DNA of 64,000 bases from an uncultured Phycisphaerales bacterium. GTDB lineage: Bacteria > Planctomycetota > Phycisphaerae > Tepidisphaerales > Tepidisphaeraceae. The notes under the pieces are model-generated. The model was not told where the DNA came from, made no database searches, and saw nothing but the letters and a program-made list of their open reading frames with translations. Positions 62,243 to 64,000 of the stretch are shown here, one piece after another; within the stretch, counting starts at the first letter, position 1, and the number at the start of each line of letters is the position of its first letter. Position numbers and translations under genes: made by a program. The stretch covers positions 3,808,001 through 3,872,000 of the forward strand of contig CAVWLP010000002.1 in NCBI GenBank assembly GCA_963755915.1. The letters are read 5' to 3'.

Positions 62243-64000
62243 ATCCTCCCGCTCAAACCAATTCGCGCACCGCTGGATCGCTCCGTTGCTCGTGCTGATT
62301 CTCGGCGCCATCGCATACTGCAACAGCGAAAACGGGCCGTTTATTTTCGATGACATGGTGGCGATCGTGAAGAATCCACAGATTCGCAGCCTGAATCCTT
62401 TCCACACAAGGGCGCCCGGACCTTCGACAACGGCCGGTCGGCCGGTGCTGATCTTCTCATTCGCCGTGAATTACGCGATGGCAGAGTTGCACGTCCAAAT
62501 CTACCATCTGACCAACCTCCTCATTCACTTCCTGTGTGCACTGCTGATGTATGCAATCGTGCGGCGAACGCTGCTGCGAAAGCAAGTGTGGGGCGATCGG
62601 TTTGCCGGCGCCGAAACCTGGTTGGCCGCGGCCGCGGCGGGGCTCTGGGTGGTCCACCCCCTCAACACGCAGGCGGTCACCTACCTCGCCCAGCGGGCGG
62701 AATCCCTCGCCGGGCTGTTTGTTCTTCTCGTCCTCTATGCGGTAATTCGCGCCGCCGAGGGGTCGAAATGGTGGAGCGCCGCCGCGGTAATTTTCTGTGG
62801 ATTGGGGATGCTGACCAAAGAGACCGCCGCGGCAATGCCAATCCTGGCGCTGCTTTACGATCGCGCCTTCCTCGCCGGCTCATTCAAGGAAACCGCCAGA
62901 CTGCGCTGGAAGCTCTACGCCGGCCTCGCGGCGACCTGGCTGCTCATCCTCATTTCGCTTTCCACCGGACTTCGCGGCACGATGGTGGGATTTCATCTCG
63001 GCATTTCCGCCTCCGCCTACGCGCAAACTGAAACCAATGTCGTAGCGCATTATTTGAGACAGGCCTTTTGGCCTTCCGATTTGACGTTGGATTATTATGA
63101 CTGGCCGATCGCCTGGAATTGGCCGGACATTTCCTGGCGCGGGCGGATGGTGATGCTTGCCGTCATCGGGTGGCTTGCCGCGCTGCGATACAGACCCTGG
63201 CTTGGTTTTCTCGGCGGTTGGTTCTTTCTTATCCTCGCCCCCACGTCCAGCTTCCTGCCAATCAAAATGGAGGCGGCGGCGGAGCAGCGTATGTATCTCC
63301 CCCTGATGGCGGTTGTCTGTCTGGTCGTTGTCGGCGGATGGACGCTCGCCCGGCGCACTCGCTACCTGCGCGATCGCGGCGGGGGCGTACTTCTGTGCCG
63401 CCGCCGCGCTGATTTGGCTGACCATTCAGCGAAACGACCAGTACCAATCCGCCGTGGAAATCTGGACCGATACGGTTGCCAAGCGTCCGGCCAATCCCCG
63501 GGCGCGATTCAACCTTGGCGAATCGTACGCCCAGCAAAGCCTGGATTTTCCGCGCGGTTCTGCTGAGGAAATTGCCGCTGTCCGGGAGGCGACGGAGCAG
63601 TTCAAAATGGTCCTCGCGCTGGAGCCCCAGGATAGCGACGCGGTGTACGCGGTCGCGCAGTCCCTGGAACGGGCCGGGGATTTGGCCGGCACCGAGAAGG
63701 TTTACACCGATGCCATCGCCAGATACCCAGCAATCACTGCGAATCTGCTCGTCGAGCGGGGAAACCTGCGAGCCCGCAACCAGGATTGGCCCGGCGCCCG
63801 GCAGGATTTTCTCGATGCGACCAATGCCAGCCCGCGTGACGTGGAGCCGCATTATTTCCTGGGAGTGCTCTATCAGACCCTCGGCGAGCGAGCCGATGCG
63901 TTGAGCGAATTAAGGAAGGCCGCCGAAATCGATGCGAACTACAAAGACGTAACCGCGCGCCTTTCCGCCCTCAATTCTCCCGGCTCTCCGCCGGCGCCTG
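62239..64000 (+). CDS. Second TMTC-like protein with TPR repeats (frameshifts ~62270, ~63380; runs off window)
   Basis: Same motifs as the upstream paralog, then RNDQYQS...W.DTVAKRP.NPRARFNLG and TPR helices in a shifted frame. Confidence 0.82.

Noticed and set aside
354-63600. Many split ORFs (pyc, xerC, maf, RM enzyme, FUSC, IS4 transposase and others) as pseudogenes or programmed frameshifts
   Set aside because: Single-base indels hit housekeeping and accessory genes alike, with no shared slippery motif. Long-read consensus error is the simplest explanation, and polishing would settle it.
31-63904. Numerous long antisense or alternate-frame ORFs in the track (e.g. 8389..9477, 41360..42790, 55960..56910)
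   Set aside because: Shadow ORFs of high-GC genes, with no motifs and overlapping well-supported CDSs.

Overview
GC-rich bacterial window, probably Planctomycetota/Phycisphaerae (inferred from gene content and S/ATQP linker motifs). More than 15 genes, including pyc and xerC, carry single-base frameshifts, most likely long-read consensus errors. The backbone holds a Maf/MptE-like locus, pyc-birA, SCO/cytochrome c genes, a TolB-like gene cluster ending in xerC, scpB, two ABC operons, queF, an AaeXAB-like efflux system, tRNA-Glu, a MogA/MoaB gene, an amidase, a phosphomannomutase and two TMTC-like genes. The main signal is non-coding: several short palindromic repeat families and mobile elements inserted into them. 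(1) A complete IS1111-type IS110 element (49232-50763) whose downstream non-coding end contains readable target- and donor-binding guide loops (bridge/seekRNA-like) matching its own junctions. (2) Its target is an arm of a ~410-470 bp, three-copy palindromic MITE-like element. (3) Copy A of that element is itself inserted, with a 6-bp duplication, into a REP-like palindrome that also occurs in-frame inside two proteins. (4) A group II intron splits a different palindromic repeat. (5) An unexplained 48-bp motif occurs four times, with two copies bracketing an MmeI-like RM plus GIY-YIG/RAMA cassette as inverted repeats. An IS4 element with a 9-bp duplication disrupts a SCO gene. All family calls come from motif recognition, not database searches.
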